A DNA stretch of 64,000 nucleotides from Octopus sinensis (lineage: Eukaryota): NCBI RefSeq assembly GCF_006345805.1, contig NC_043000.1, positions 131,254,001 to 131,318,000 on the forward strand, given 5' to 3'. The translations under genes were made by a program, and so were the position numbers. Positions 37,735 through 50,373 of the stretch are shown piece after piece. How positions within the stretch are numbered: the first letter of the stretch is position 1; each line of letters begins with the position of its first letter. The notes under the pieces are model-generated. The model was not told the origin of the DNA and ran no database searches. It was given only the letters and a program-made list of their open reading frames with translations.

Positions 37735-37950
37735 CAAGGGGATACTGAAATGTTCCTGGCTTAAAGTGTATTATGAAAGGCCTGGTTGAAGGTCCAAACT
37801 TCTGAGTTGTTTTACAGGGCTTAGAAAAACTGAAGGACCACTGCAATAAATGTGTGAAACTGAGAGGGAACTATATTGAATAAAACCATGATTAACTGAT
37901 CTCTGTTTTTTTCTTTTACCCAAAGCCAGAAACTTTTCAGCACCCCCTCG
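37735..37950 (+). mobile_element. Mariner-derived MITE, second copy
   Basis: Colinear with 26354-26571; ends GAAACTTTTCAGCACCCCCTCG|TA. Confidence 0.8.
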
Positions 37951-38005
<55 letters not shown>

Positions 38006-38116
38006 TATATAATATATATATATAAACTTACTTGGAAATGGATGCATAGCATTCAATTAAATAATAATATATATATATATATATGTATATATATATGTAT
38101 ATATATATATATATAT

Positions 38117-38166
<50 letters not shown>

Positions 38167-38182
38167 GTGTATATATATATAT

Positions 38183-38277
<95 letters not shown>
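37950..38277 (+). repeat. Imperfect (TA)n tracts
   Basis: Direct inspection. Similar tracts at 37660-37715 and 43860-44165. Confidence 0.95.
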
Positions 38278-38278
<1 letters not shown>

Positions 38279-39787
38279 GTAACCCAAACTGTGATCATGC
38301 TTTACTCAACACACTGATTGTCATATACCAGTAATCAAAAAAATTACATATATATATATATATCACAATCATTTCATTATTATACAGATATATATATGTG
38401 TGTGTGTGTGTGTGGTGTGTGTGTGTGTGTGTGTGTGCATGTGTGTATGCACACACTCACATACATGAAGACATACTGGAATGTATATAGACATATATAC
38501 ACAACACACATTTATAATATGCTCTCACACACACATACATATAATTCTCTATTATACAACATGTGCAACAGTATTGTTGCATTATTGTATGATTGTCACA
38601 AATTATGTTAGCCTTTGAACATTGATCAACCAGTTTCAACAAAAAGAATCAATGATGAAGTTGAAGACAAACTTCTTTCTAGTAACCAAGAGAAGCTAAG
38701 TAATATACTGAGTCATATCTCCTATAAAGTGATACATCAAAATTGTTTCATGTTGCTTGTTCTAAGCAAGCATAAAGTTTATCAATAATTGTAAATGTTC
38801 CAAAGGATTTTTGTTGTTTTTTTTTTTTTTTTTTTTTTTTGTTTTTTTTTTTCTGTACACATATTCCTGACATCTCTGTGAACTAAGATATATACATTAT
38901 AAAGTAATTTTTCAGTTAAGAAATCCAACAAAATATCTGTAGTATATCCAAACACATGAAACATGGCTTGGTAATTCAATGCTTCATTTTTCTGGCTAGT
39001 TTGTATTATATAAAAGTTATAACAATAAATAATGTATGGACGTCATCAGTTGTATTAACTAATAGTAGGTTTCGGCTAATAGTAGGTTTCTTCTCTCACA
39101 AAAAGACTTCTCAGTTTGGTCATATCTTTTTTCTTCTTTTCTTAGATTGTGTATTATATTTGAATTTATCAAAAAAATATGCACTAAACAGCAGTCTCAT
39201 GTTGATTGTTGCTCAAACATGTAAACATCTGAAATGAGAGAAAGGAAAATATTTTAGATTTTTAACAATTTTAAAAGGAGAAAAAAATATTTGGGTTGTT
39301 TAACTATCTTAAAATACAGAAGAAAAAACAAATGTTAAAATGCAAGTAAAATTTTTAAATTGGTTAGAAGTAGAAATAAAATAAGATTCCATGATAGGTT
39401 TGTATTTAGCTAGATTAAAATGAAGATAGTATTAAGGTGGAGATTCAAAACTATTTTTATACATAATTCAAATATTTTGTTTTAAAATTTTCAGATTATG
39501 CGAAAAAAATATGTTAAACAACATACAGTAATTGTCACTTAGGTATTATGGTAGCGACCAATATTTAAGTTACTTGGTTATTTTGGGAAAATATGCAAGT
39601 GTGATGAATAGAGTATATTGTAACTAGCATGAGGGGTTTTGAAAAAAATTGTGAATGTGCAGGAGAAAGGAGGAGGTACAGCACTGGGTTAACCATTTAG
39701 AAAAATATGCCAGTGCTTAGGGCATCAAAGTAAGCAGTGCACCACAGAAAAGGTAAATGGTTTAAGGAACAAAAGAAATCACTTTAA

Positions 39788-39998
39788 CTCTTTAGCATTT
39801 AAACCGACCCTAATATTCTACTTGTTTTATGTTCAAACTGGCCAGATTTGGCTTCTCACACCTACCCTACAATGACATTCTAAAAATATACAATCACATC
39901 ATTGAAATTTCCAAGCCACAAGATAATATACAATTAATTCAAAGCAATGTGAATAAATAAGTATTACACTTGACAAAGTAATCTGAATGCCAAGGGGG
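39788..39998. mobile_element. piggyBac-type TTAA MITE family B
   Basis: TTAA|CTCTTTAGCATT...AATGCCAAGGGGG|TTAA. Truncated copy at 29988-30180. Confidence 0.8.
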
Positions 39999-40212
39999 TT
40001 AAACTTGCTAAACTAATATTCAAAGTGGTTTAAATGATTGGAAATATAATTTCAAAGTGTTTATGGTATCATAGTGAGGATCAGATCAAAGACTTTGCAA
40101 TAAGAAAAACGTAAGAGAAAACTTCTCAAATATAAATAATGTACAAGTATGCAAAGATAAATATTTGTTTCCAATATTACTGTTAGCTTTGTTTCATTTT
40201 GAAAATTAAAAT

Positions 40213-43124
40213 TTTATTTTATGGTTTAGTATTGTTTACATCTTGAATTACATATATGGGGGCACCAAGATCCTTTAAGTGTTTCGGGCCTCTATGGGTC
40301 TTAATCCAGCCCCAAAGAAACTGACATGGGGGAGATGTGCTGTTCTTAGTATTAGAAAGTATTGGCAATGCAAATCAAAAGAAATAACTAAAAATACCAT
40401 GTTGCAAACAGTTTTCTAAGCGCCGTCTTGTACTATGGTATTGGCTAAGTTCTGACATATAAAGCCAATGTATTTTATTTTTAGCCAAGTTAATCAATAC
40501 ACCTATACATATCCATGTATACACACATATAAGTATTTATATGAATATATTAATTTGTTTCTTTGTTGTAAGTCTACTTTTACATGCTGGTATGGATCAG
40601 CTGGAAACTTACCAAGGTAGTATTTCCCAGCCAGACACCCTTCCTATCATTAACTATTACCTGTTTTATATGGAAGGAACTTTTTATTTGACTGATTTGC
40701 GCAATTGCTAAGTTACAGGATGTATACAGAGAACATGAACATGGTAGCACTGTTTTGTTCAAACAGAATTACATATGAGATGTAAATTCATATATATACA
40801 CACACACACACATATACATACATACATAGGTTCTGTTTACCAGTTTCACTTACACGGCATTGATCAACCTAAGGCTAAGTAAAAGACATTCATCCAAAGT
40901 GTCACAGTGGGTTATAAAACTCCAAACAACATAGGAATTGAATGCAGTGACTACACAGCCAGACTTGCACACACACACACATCTCATCATCATCATAATT
41001 TTTACTTTTACTTTTCCATGATTGCATAGATCGGAGAGGTTTTCTTTAACACAATGTCTTGTCATTTGTTGTAATATTTTGTTAATTCTTTTATGAGGTT
41101 CAGCCCTTTCTCATGTATTCGCTGCAAGTACTTTTAAAATAGATCACTTAGCACTTCTTTTCTCAAACATTATCTCCCATATGCATCACATACCAACATA
41201 GTCTGCTCACTTGCATGGGGAACATAATTCCTGTTGTACCTAGTTTTTCTCTAAACCCATTCATGCTTTGTTGTTTAAAGATGCTAATACCACACATTCA
41301 TTGAGGCATGTTGGCTTTTTCTTTTCCAGCCTTTGCTTATCCTTCTACCAGGCTGAGTAAAAAGTAAGCAACGTTTTGAAAACTGAAATTCATCACAATA
41401 TATATTATAATGATGCAGAAATTTTGTTCATCAAAGTAAGTAACGTTACGATGAACACATTTTTGCCAACGAGTTACAAGTTTGCTTATTTTGGTAACAT
41501 AAAAATCTAGAGTTCTGAAGCTGATGAACTCTTTGAACACACTTTCAACATCACTTTGATTTTTGAACTCCTTCTCTCACAGGAAAAAAAATCAAGGTGC
41601 GTGAAAAAGTGGTAGTCAGTAGGAGAAAGGTCCGGGGACTAAGCTGGGTGAGAAAGGACTTCATAGCCAAGTTCCCTCAACTTCTGGAGCGTCATTAGTG
41701 AAACATGTGGTTGAGCAGTGTCATGAAGAATGAATCACCCTCTTCTGTTGTCTAGGATGGAGGAGTAACAGTTTTTCATTCATTTTGGCAATTTTATGAC
41801 AATGTACTTCTGCAATAAAGGTTTTTCTGGATTTTAAAATGTTATAGTGGATGAATCCAGCAGTACACCACCAAACAGTCACCATAACTTTCTTTTTGAA
41901 GAGCTCAGGTTTAGGAAGGTTTTCGGTGCTTCATTTTGGTCCAACCACTGCAAAGAATGTTTTTATTATTGCACAGAATCCACTTTTCATTGCAAGTTAC
42001 AATACAGTCAAGAAATGGATCAGTCTGGTTATGGAGAAGAAGTGATGAGCAAATTTCATATCTGTGCATTTTCTGATTTTCATTCAAATCACGTGGTACT
42101 CATTTATCAAGCTTTTTTGATTTTCCAATCACATGCAAATGGTTGCAGGCAGTTTTCTGGCTAACTTTGAAGTTCTTTTGCCAGTTCTCAAGTGGTTTTA
42201 TGTGGATCTTTCTCAATGACAATCGTTAATTGACCATCATCGATGACAGATGGGCATCCACTATGTTCACCACCTTCAAGATTTAGGACTCCAATGCAAA
42301 ACCATTTAAACCATTTTCGAACTGACCATGGTCATTTCCTCACCAAAAGTTTCATTGATATCGCAAGCAGTTTCAGCTGTTTTATGTCCTTTTTTTGGAG
42401 TTGAATAGCAAAATTGCTTGAATATTGTGCTGTGACTGTTCTGTTTCAGGTGATTGTAACAACAGTGAAAAAATATCAACGTTTGTTTATTGATGCATTT
42501 GGGAAGTCCATGTCTGTATTATCATACAATTGCAAAAAAAATATTTTAAAAAATTCCAAACTGCAAAAATCCGGTACAAATTCTTCATGGTTCAAAACGT
42601 TGCTTACTTTTTACTCAACCTGATACATTCAGTAACCATTTTTTGCTACTATAAGACATCCTACTTCATAGACAAGTATTATACATTCTATCCTCCATGC
42701 TGAAAGTTAATCAGTCTGGCTGGGAAATACTACCTTGATAAGTTTTCATCTGATCCATACCAGCATGTAAAAGTAGACTTACAACAAAGAAACAAATTAA
42801 TATATACATATAAATACTTATATGTATGTATACATGGATATGTATAGGTGTATTGATTAACTTGGCTAAAAATAATATACATTGGCTTTATATGTCAGAA
42901 CTTAGCCAATACCATAAAACAAGACGGCGCTTAGAAAACTGTTTGCAACATGGTATTTTTAGTTATTTCTTTTAATTTGCATTGCCAATACTTTCTAATA
43001 CTCAGAGCAGCACAACTCCCCCATTTCAGTTCCTTTGACCCATAGAGGCTTGAAACACTTAAAGGATTTTGGTGCCCCCATATATGTAATTCAAAATGTA
43101 AACAATACTAAATCATAAAATAAA
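40213..43124. repeat. ~420-bp inverted duplication (arms 40213-40636 and 42714-43124)
   Basis: Arm sequences are reverse complements, roughly 90% similar by eye, e.g. TTTGTTGTAAGTCTACTTTTACATGCTGGTATGGATCAG / CTGATCCATACCAGCATGTAAAAGTAGACTTACAACAAA. Confidence 0.92.
41348..42623 (-). mobile_element. Full-length (1276 bp) degenerate mariner transposon
   Basis: ~33-bp TIRs (CCAGGCTGAGTAAAAAGTAAGCAACGTTTTGAA / TTCAAAACGTTGCTTACTTTTTACTCAACCTGA) flanked by TA on both sides. Interrupted transposase colinear with the 2126-3320 copy. Confidence 0.92.
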
Positions 43125-43239
43125 TCATAATTTGGCTACCATACTTTGGCTGCCATGCTTTCAGGGCTCCTGCCTCCACTACTAATGAAGACTAAGGCAA
43201 CAGAAGCTAAAAACTGCTTCTGAGAAGCCATTTGAGCAC

Positions 43240-43345
43240 TTGAAAATGTATTGCATTATATGCATATGAAGACTTCTCTGTCAACCAGTCTGTTATTCCA
43301 TTACATCTTTTGTGCACTTTTACATTACATTCAATACATACAACG
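43240..43345 (-). pseudogene. RTE LINE fragment (cysteine-rich CxxC...VHKRC region)
   Basis: RNSVVCIECNVKVHKRCNGI in ORF 43207-43389. Confidence 0.55.
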
Positions 43346-43867
43346 GAATTCCTACTCCCTTTTTTTTTCTGCATATTGATCAGAGTCACTTCTCTGATAG
43401 CAGATCAAAGTTAATTTTATACATAATTGAGATAAATTTTTTAACATTTTCTGAGAATATATGGAACAATATACAATAATTGTCAGCTCAGTATTATAGC
43501 ATCAATCAATATTTTAGTTGCTTGGTTATTTTGGGCAAGTATGCAAGTGTGATGAATAGAGTATATTGTAACTAGCATGAGTGGTTTCAAAGAAAAAAAA
43601 AAGTGACTGTGTGTGAAAAGAGAGGAAGTAGGAAGTTAAAGGAAAGAATTGAAGCTACTGTTTTTAAACTCAGTTTCCCAAGTGCTCTCTTGCACTGCAG
43701 CATTGACTAAGTTATGACACATAAAGAAAATGTGTTATTTTTAGCCATTTAAGTCACTACATGTACACATATATATGTATACAGACATATAAATATGTGT
43801 ATGTATAACGTGTGTGTGTATATATATATATACACACACACGTTATACATGCACATATTTATATGTC

Positions 43868-43909
<42 letters not shown>

Positions 43910-43963
43910 ATATATAATATATAAATATATAATATATATAAATATTATATATATATATATTAT

Positions 43964-44000
<37 letters not shown>

Positions 44001-44028
44001 AATATATATATTATATATATATATAAAT

Positions 44029-44061
<33 letters not shown>

Positions 44062-44066
44062 AAGAT

Positions 44067-44152
<86 letters not shown>

Positions 44153-44589
44153 TATATATATATACTGTCCTGTTTTTTTCCTGATTTAATTTTTAAGGCC
44201 TTTTTAAATTTAGGGTTTGTTTCCCAGTCTGGAATTTCTTCTTTAATACACCATCATCATCATCATCACCTTCACCAACACCACCAATAACACCACTGCC
44301 AACACCAACACCACCACCACCACACATACCATCATCACCACCAATAGCACCACTACCACCACTGCCACCATCAATGCCACCCCCACCTTCATCATCATCA
44401 TCATCATTAATAATTTTTCATTCATAATTTTTCATTCATAATCCTGTGCTTGACTGGGTTGAACAAGCCTTTTCCTATACTGCATCTCACCACATGTTGC
44501 AGGTTGTTGCTTGTCATCTCATTCAGAGGAACCAACATCCTGAGGTTGACTAACTACCACTTCTGTCCATGTCTCCCTCAATTTCTCTC

Positions 44590-44735
44590 TTCTTCAGCTT
44601 CCTTCCACTTAGATCTCATGGCACTTCTTTATTCAATTCTCATCTTCCATAAACATCACATGCCCGTACAAGCTTAGACTTCTCTCTTGAATACTTCATC
44701 TGATTCCTCTTATACCTAATATTTGGTTGTGTCCT
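44590..44735 (-). pseudogene. Highly degenerate RTE 3' ORF fragment
   Basis: Frameshifted remnant of the WYGHVMRM...RGRPRKTW region. Confidence 0.4.
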
Positions 44736-45519
44736 GATTTCTCCATAGAGTGAAAGAGCAGTTGTCCTTTCTCTTTCAGAGATACAGACATTACACATTC
44801 AGTAGAATATACTTGCTTCATTTCTTTTATTTGTGTGTGTGTGTGTGTGCATGTGTGTGTGTGTGTACATATATTGATTTATGTGGGATAAACAGAAAAA
44901 AAAAACGTGATTTTTCGTGGCCAATGCCAGTGCCACATGACTGGCCCTCATACCCGTGGCACTTAAAAGCACCCACTGCACTCTCGGATTGGTTGGCGTT
45001 TGGAAGGGCTTCCAGCTGTAGAACTCTGCCAGATCAAGATTAGAGCCTGGTGCAGCCATCTGGTTTGCCAGTCCTCAGTCAAATCGTCCAACCCATGCTA
45101 GCATGGAAAGCGGACGTTAAATGATGATGATGAAACAGAAATTATATATATTTGAACTGCCATTTCCTACCCCCAGACATTTGACTTGCAAGGGCAAGTA
45201 AATGAAGCTGTGGTCTGTATGTGTGTAACCCTTATTTATGTCACATAAATTAATATATATATACATACATGCAAATATATGGTGGTGGTGGTGGGGTCAC
45301 ACTATTGACCACCAGATCATGGTCATAACTTTAAACCTAAATGCAACTATTATTCTATATATTCATCAAAGTATATTATGTATGTTTTTCAAACTTGGTT
45401 TCTACTTGTAAGTTTGACTTGTTAGCCTCCAGTAATGTTAGCAGAGAAAAATAGATTTAAAAGAAAGGAATAAAACAAAGCAAAAATATATGTGTATAAA
45501 TATATGTATAAATATAACC

Positions 45520-45965
45520 AAGCCTGGCACATAAAAAGCACCATTCAAGCCTGGCTGATGCCAGTGCTGCCTGACTGGCTCCTGTGCCGGTGGCACATAA
45601 AAAGCACCATCCGAGCATGGCTGATGCCAGTGCCACCTGACTGGCACATATAAAGCACCGTTCGAGCATAACCAATGCTAGTGCTGCCTGACTGGCACCT
45701 GTGCCACTGGCACATAAAAAGCACCATTTGAGTGTCGTCAGCATCAGTGTCGCCTGACTGGCTCCCATGCCGGTGATACATAAAAAGTACCCACTACACT
45801 CTCGGAGTGGTTGGCATTAGGAAGGGCATTCAGCGGTAGAAACTTTGCCAGATCAGATTGGAGCCTGGTGTAGCCGCCTGGCTTGCTAGTCCTCAGTCAA
45901 ACCATCAAATCCACGCCAGTATGGAAAACGGGCATTAAATGATGATGATGATGATGATGATGATA
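45520..45965 (+). repeat. RTE 3' UTR repeat with expanded internal tandem units (representative plus copy; others near 18740, 19215, 19640, 33800, 44900)
   Basis: Several GCCAGTGCxxCCTGACTGGC...GGCACATAAAAAGCACC units, then the conserved core and GAT tail. Confidence 0.9.
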
Positions 45966-46164
45966 CTAGTGTATAAATATACTTGCTTTGTAGTAACATA
46001 GAATTTGTTATTAGTTGAATGTATCAACCCTAGTACTTATTTTTGTAAAGCTTTGTACTTATTCTATCAATTTCTTTTGCTGAATCGCTAAGTTACAGGG
46101 ATGTAAAAACACCAGCACTGATTGTCAAGTGGTGGTGGTGGTGGGTAAAACACACATATATATA

Positions 46165-46508
46165 CATATTCTGGCGACGGACTTGGTAAACACCCACAAA
46201 GTTATCAACCACCTCACCAACAACAACACTGAACACCTTTTTAATCTCCATGTGTCTAACACACGTGGACATGCCTACAAAGTCAGAAAACAACACAGCT
46301 CCCATGACTTTCGGAAACATTTTTTCACGCTCAGAGTTGCTGAAGCATGGAATAAACTGCCTGCGTCAGTTGTTGACTGCCATGACACTGCACCCTTTAA
46401 GGCCCTCATGCTTTCCGAAATCCGCCGAAACTACACCTGATTATATATACACTTTAGATGAGTTGTAGTGCACCTGAGCACTGTACACAATTATTATTAT
46501 TATTATAT
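46165..46508 (+). mobile_element. CR1-type LINE 3' fragment
   Basis: ORF 46129-46440: SNTRGHAYKV...RKHFFTLRVAEAWNKLP. Confidence 0.88.
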
Positions 46509-47639
46509 TTATACAATAGGCTTTTTTCAGTTTTCATCTACCATATCCACTCATAGGGCTTTGGTTGGCCTGAGGCTATAATAGAAAACACTTGCCCAAG
46601 GTGCCATGCAGTGAGACTGAACCCAGAACCATGTGATTGTGAAGCAAGCTTCTTAACACAATGCCATGTCTGCTCCAGTGGAAATCACACAACAAAACAA
46701 TTAAGATTCCATGGGTACACATTCCTTACATACATAAACACAGACATTCAGCAATCCCATTTAAAATCTGGTTAAATGGTTTCATAGTTAACATTATTAT
46801 GTATGTTATCTGCAGTATGGAATATCCAGCTGTTGCCATTAACATACATATTACCACTTCTCTCTAATAAAAGCAAAGAAAAATGTAGACATAATAACTA
46901 TTTCCTCCAGATATTAATGTTTGAAAATTAATAATAATGATTATATCTTTCTTAATTCTCCACTGCCTGTCATGCATACAATAAAAACCTACACGTAGGG
47001 GTCACAATACGCATGGGAATGGATAGAACGAAGTTATACATAAAACAAGAGGAGATACAAAGACATTACACTATAGTTATACACATGGGCATATTTATAC
47101 ATCATCATCATCATCATAATCCTCATCATCATTTAATGTCTGTTTTCCATGCTGATATGGGTTTACAGTTCAACAGGTGCTGGCAAGCTAGAGGACTGCA
47201 CCAAACTCCAATGTCAACTTTGCCATGGTTTCTACGGCTGAATGTCTCTTCCTCATGCCAACAACTGTACAGTGATTGCTGAGTGCTTTTTATCTGGCAC
47301 CAGCACTTGTGAGGTCACCAAGCAACTAACAAGACAAGGCCCTCCTCAACTGGACACTGATCTCAGTGTCATATTACTCAATTACATGATTATCCATCTT
47401 ATATTGTCTCATAAAGGTGAGGCTTCTTCATATATTCACATGCTTTTTGCTTATGCTCAACAATTCTTTTCTGTAAATATTTTATATTTCACTTGCATTC
47501 CATGATGGTTTGTCATTCCTTTTTAGCCTCCATTTGTTCCCCATCATCACAAGTCATCTGCTTTTTGGTTATGGCCAGCAAAGAGGATTTCTAGTTATCC
47601 TGAAGACAAGGTAAGCTTTTTTACCATTCTTGAGATGCA

Positions 47640-47990
47640 GCTGGTAGTGTAGGTGGAGATACTGTTGAAACAGCTTCCTTCACAACCTGCTGTTATTGCT
47701 GTTGCCAGTTCTTCTACTGCTCTTCTTTCTTTCTCTTTTCTTTTGCTTTTCCAGTTCCTCAGATAGAAAGCCCTCAGGTGGCTGTTACTGCCACAAATGT
47801 AGCATCTAAGCTTTCTACTCCCAACTGCTTATCTTATTGTTTTCTTTTCCATGCACAAAACAGGGCACATCTCTGAAATGACCATGTGGTTTTCAAAGGT
47901 CATTAAAGTTGTATGTCCTGAATGGCCCTACCTGACCACATATCAGTTACCTCTACAATTACTTCCTGTTCACATTGCACTAGTGAGAAG
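47640..47990 (-). pseudogene. Degenerate zinc-knuckle (LINE ORF1/gag-like) remnant
   Basis: Minus strand gives LICGQVG(H) and RCYICGSNSHLRAFY followed by a basic K/R-rich tail. Multiple disruptions. Confidence 0.45.
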
Positions 47991-48005
47991 CAAGGAGTAA
48001 ATATC

Positions 48006-48237
48006 TATTTTTTACTACCCACAAGGGACTAAACACAGAGGGGACAAACAAGGACAGACTAATGGATTAAGTCGATTATATCGACCCCAGTGCGTAAATG
48101 GTACTTATTTAATCGACCCCGAAAGTATGAAAAGCAAAGTCGACCTCGGTGGAATTTGAACTCAGAACGTAGTGGAAGACGAAATTCTGCTAGGCATTTC
48201 ACCCAGCATACTAACGTTTCTGCCAGCTCACTGCCTT
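48006..48237 (-). mobile_element. SINE S1 with 17-bp target-site duplication
   Basis: AGCAAGGAGTAAATATC at 47989-48005 and 48238-48254. Confidence 0.92.
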
Positions 48238-48539
48238 AGCAAGGAGTAAATATCACTGTGATAATTTTGCCTGTGACTCTTGTGTTCGGCTAACCTAGCA
48301 CTTGGACAGATGTTTGACATACCAATCCAACCTGTCACCAAGGCAAATACTCCCACATATTTTGTCACAGAAAATAGAGACCATATTGCTCTACACATCA
48401 AAGGTACATCACATTTTAACTTATTTTTTTAACTTATTCTTTGATAAATTCCACCAGTGAGGGGATCAGTGACCATGGTGAGATCCTCGAGGAGCACAAA
48501 ATGATGACTAATGGAGAAAAGATCTTCAACAGGGAAGAT

Positions 48540-49330
48540 GAAGTTCTACATGGAGAGTTTTTTCAGCAAACATCAGATGAAGCTGAAGAATCCTGGAAAT
48601 AGTAAAGACATGGGTTTATTTAAAGTGGGAGACGAAAGGACTGATTCTTGTTGCTCAAGAACAAGCTTTAAGAACCAGCTCATTTGAGTGTACCATTGAT
48701 AAGACAGCAGTATCACTTTTGTGTAGATTATGTGAAAAATCATCTGACACAGTGAGACATATAATTAGTGGATGCTCAAAGCTAACTTGAAAGTGGTACA
48801 AAAAATGCCATGACAAAGTGGCAGTGTGAATACACTGGGAGTTGTGCAGGAAGCATGGACTAGAATGTTCCAAGTGGTGTGTGTACCAACCTTTGCTTGT
48901 AGCAGAGAATGATCAAGTGAAACTCAGATGGGATATGTCAATCAACACAAATAAGAAGCTGCAGCATAACTTGGCCAGATATCATTCTCCTATGGAAGGA
49001 GTTCAAAGAAAGGACCTTCATTGATATAGCTATATCTGCAGACCAAAATATAGTGAAGAAGGAGGATGAGAAAGTCAGCAAGTACCAAGACCAAGCATTG
49101 GAAGTGAAGTGCATCCATACTTCTTCAAAAGTGAATGTGATACCTATTGTGATCAGTGCAGTTGGGACCATCTCAAAGAAAGCAATATTCTGACATCAAA
49201 AGCTGCAAATATCAAACTTCATAGGAAGTACAGAATAGACGGCAATACTTGGAATAGCACATGTTGAGAAAAGTGTTGCATCTCTAAGCTGCAGAATGGA
49301 GCTGAGATGTGACATGAATAACTCAGAAGT
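48540..49330 (+). mobile_element. Older degenerate R4/Dong-type element
   Basis: Remnants HGEFF, ILVAQEQALRT, CRLC...HIISGCSKL, IHWELCRKHG, WDMSI, IDIAI, KVSKYQD. Ends at TAATAATAAT. Confidence 0.8.
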
Positions 49331-49419
49331 TAGGATAAAATAATAATAATAAGTATTAACTATCTCTTGAATGAATGCAGTAAGCTAACACAAAAAGAGT
49401 ATAGTTACAGACATGACTG

Positions 49420-49930
49420 TGTAGGTAAAAGAGTGCATTGAGGTGTTAACTGAGCATGTGGCTTCAAAATAGTAGAAAAATGATATGAATACAAACCAGA
49501 GGCTCTGACAGAGAATAAGTATTACAAGATTTTATATGAATTCCCAGTAAAGACTGTTTATATAACTAAATCAAGAAAATCAGATATGATTATAGAAGTC
49601 AAAAGAAACAGTGTAAGATCATAGACTTTGCAATACCATATGATAACAGTGATAACAAAGAAACTAAAAAAATTGAGAATTATCAGGACTTAAACAGAGA
49701 GATTGTGAAAGACTAAGATAACTAATATTTTTGTGGTAATTGGTGCATTTTGCACAGTATTCAAACTGCTAAGAGACTGAAAGAGATTAGTATTGAGACT
49801 TTCATTTTTGGCTTGCAGAAAAGTGTAACCTTGTATTCTGCAAAAATCTTAAGAACAATTTTTGAGATTTGAGGAAAACTTGTTACCAAACCTCAAGACA
49901 ACATCCCAGCAAACTAATTTAGTCTGTAAC
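49420..49930 (+). mobile_element. Very degenerate R4/Dong-type RLE fragment
   Basis: YEYKPE...ENKYYKILYEF, KSDMII, IDFAIPYD, KIENYQDL, VVIGA remnants. Confidence 0.65.
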
Positions 49931-50251
49931 AGTTATTATAAAATATATATATATTATAACACTGGTACAAAGCCTCAAGTTTTTAGGAGAGGGGTTGATT
50001 ATACAAGTTTTAATATTTGACTGGTATTCCGTTTTATCAAGCCTGGAAGGGAAAAAGTTAAGTTGGCCCTAGGGAGATTTGAACTCAGAATGTAGAGAGC
50101 TGTAACTAAGTACTGCAGCAATTTTGCCAATCCAATGCAATAACAATGTTATAAGAAGGACACAAGGTCTGAAGTTTCAGAGCAGGAAGCAGTCAGCATT
50201 TGTTTAATGTTCTAATGTTTCTTCTGCCAATTCAATGCCCTTCTTATAATT

Positions 50252-50306
50252 AATAATAATAATAATAGTAATAATAATAATAATTAATAATAATAATAAT
50301 AATAAC

Positions 50307-50371
<65 letters not shown>
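50252..50371 (+). repeat. (TAA)n microsatellite (others at 28228-28313, 28770-28818, 53029-53070, 53548-53581, 54623-54644)
   Basis: Direct inspection. Confidence 0.97.
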
Positions 50372-50373
<2 letters not shown>

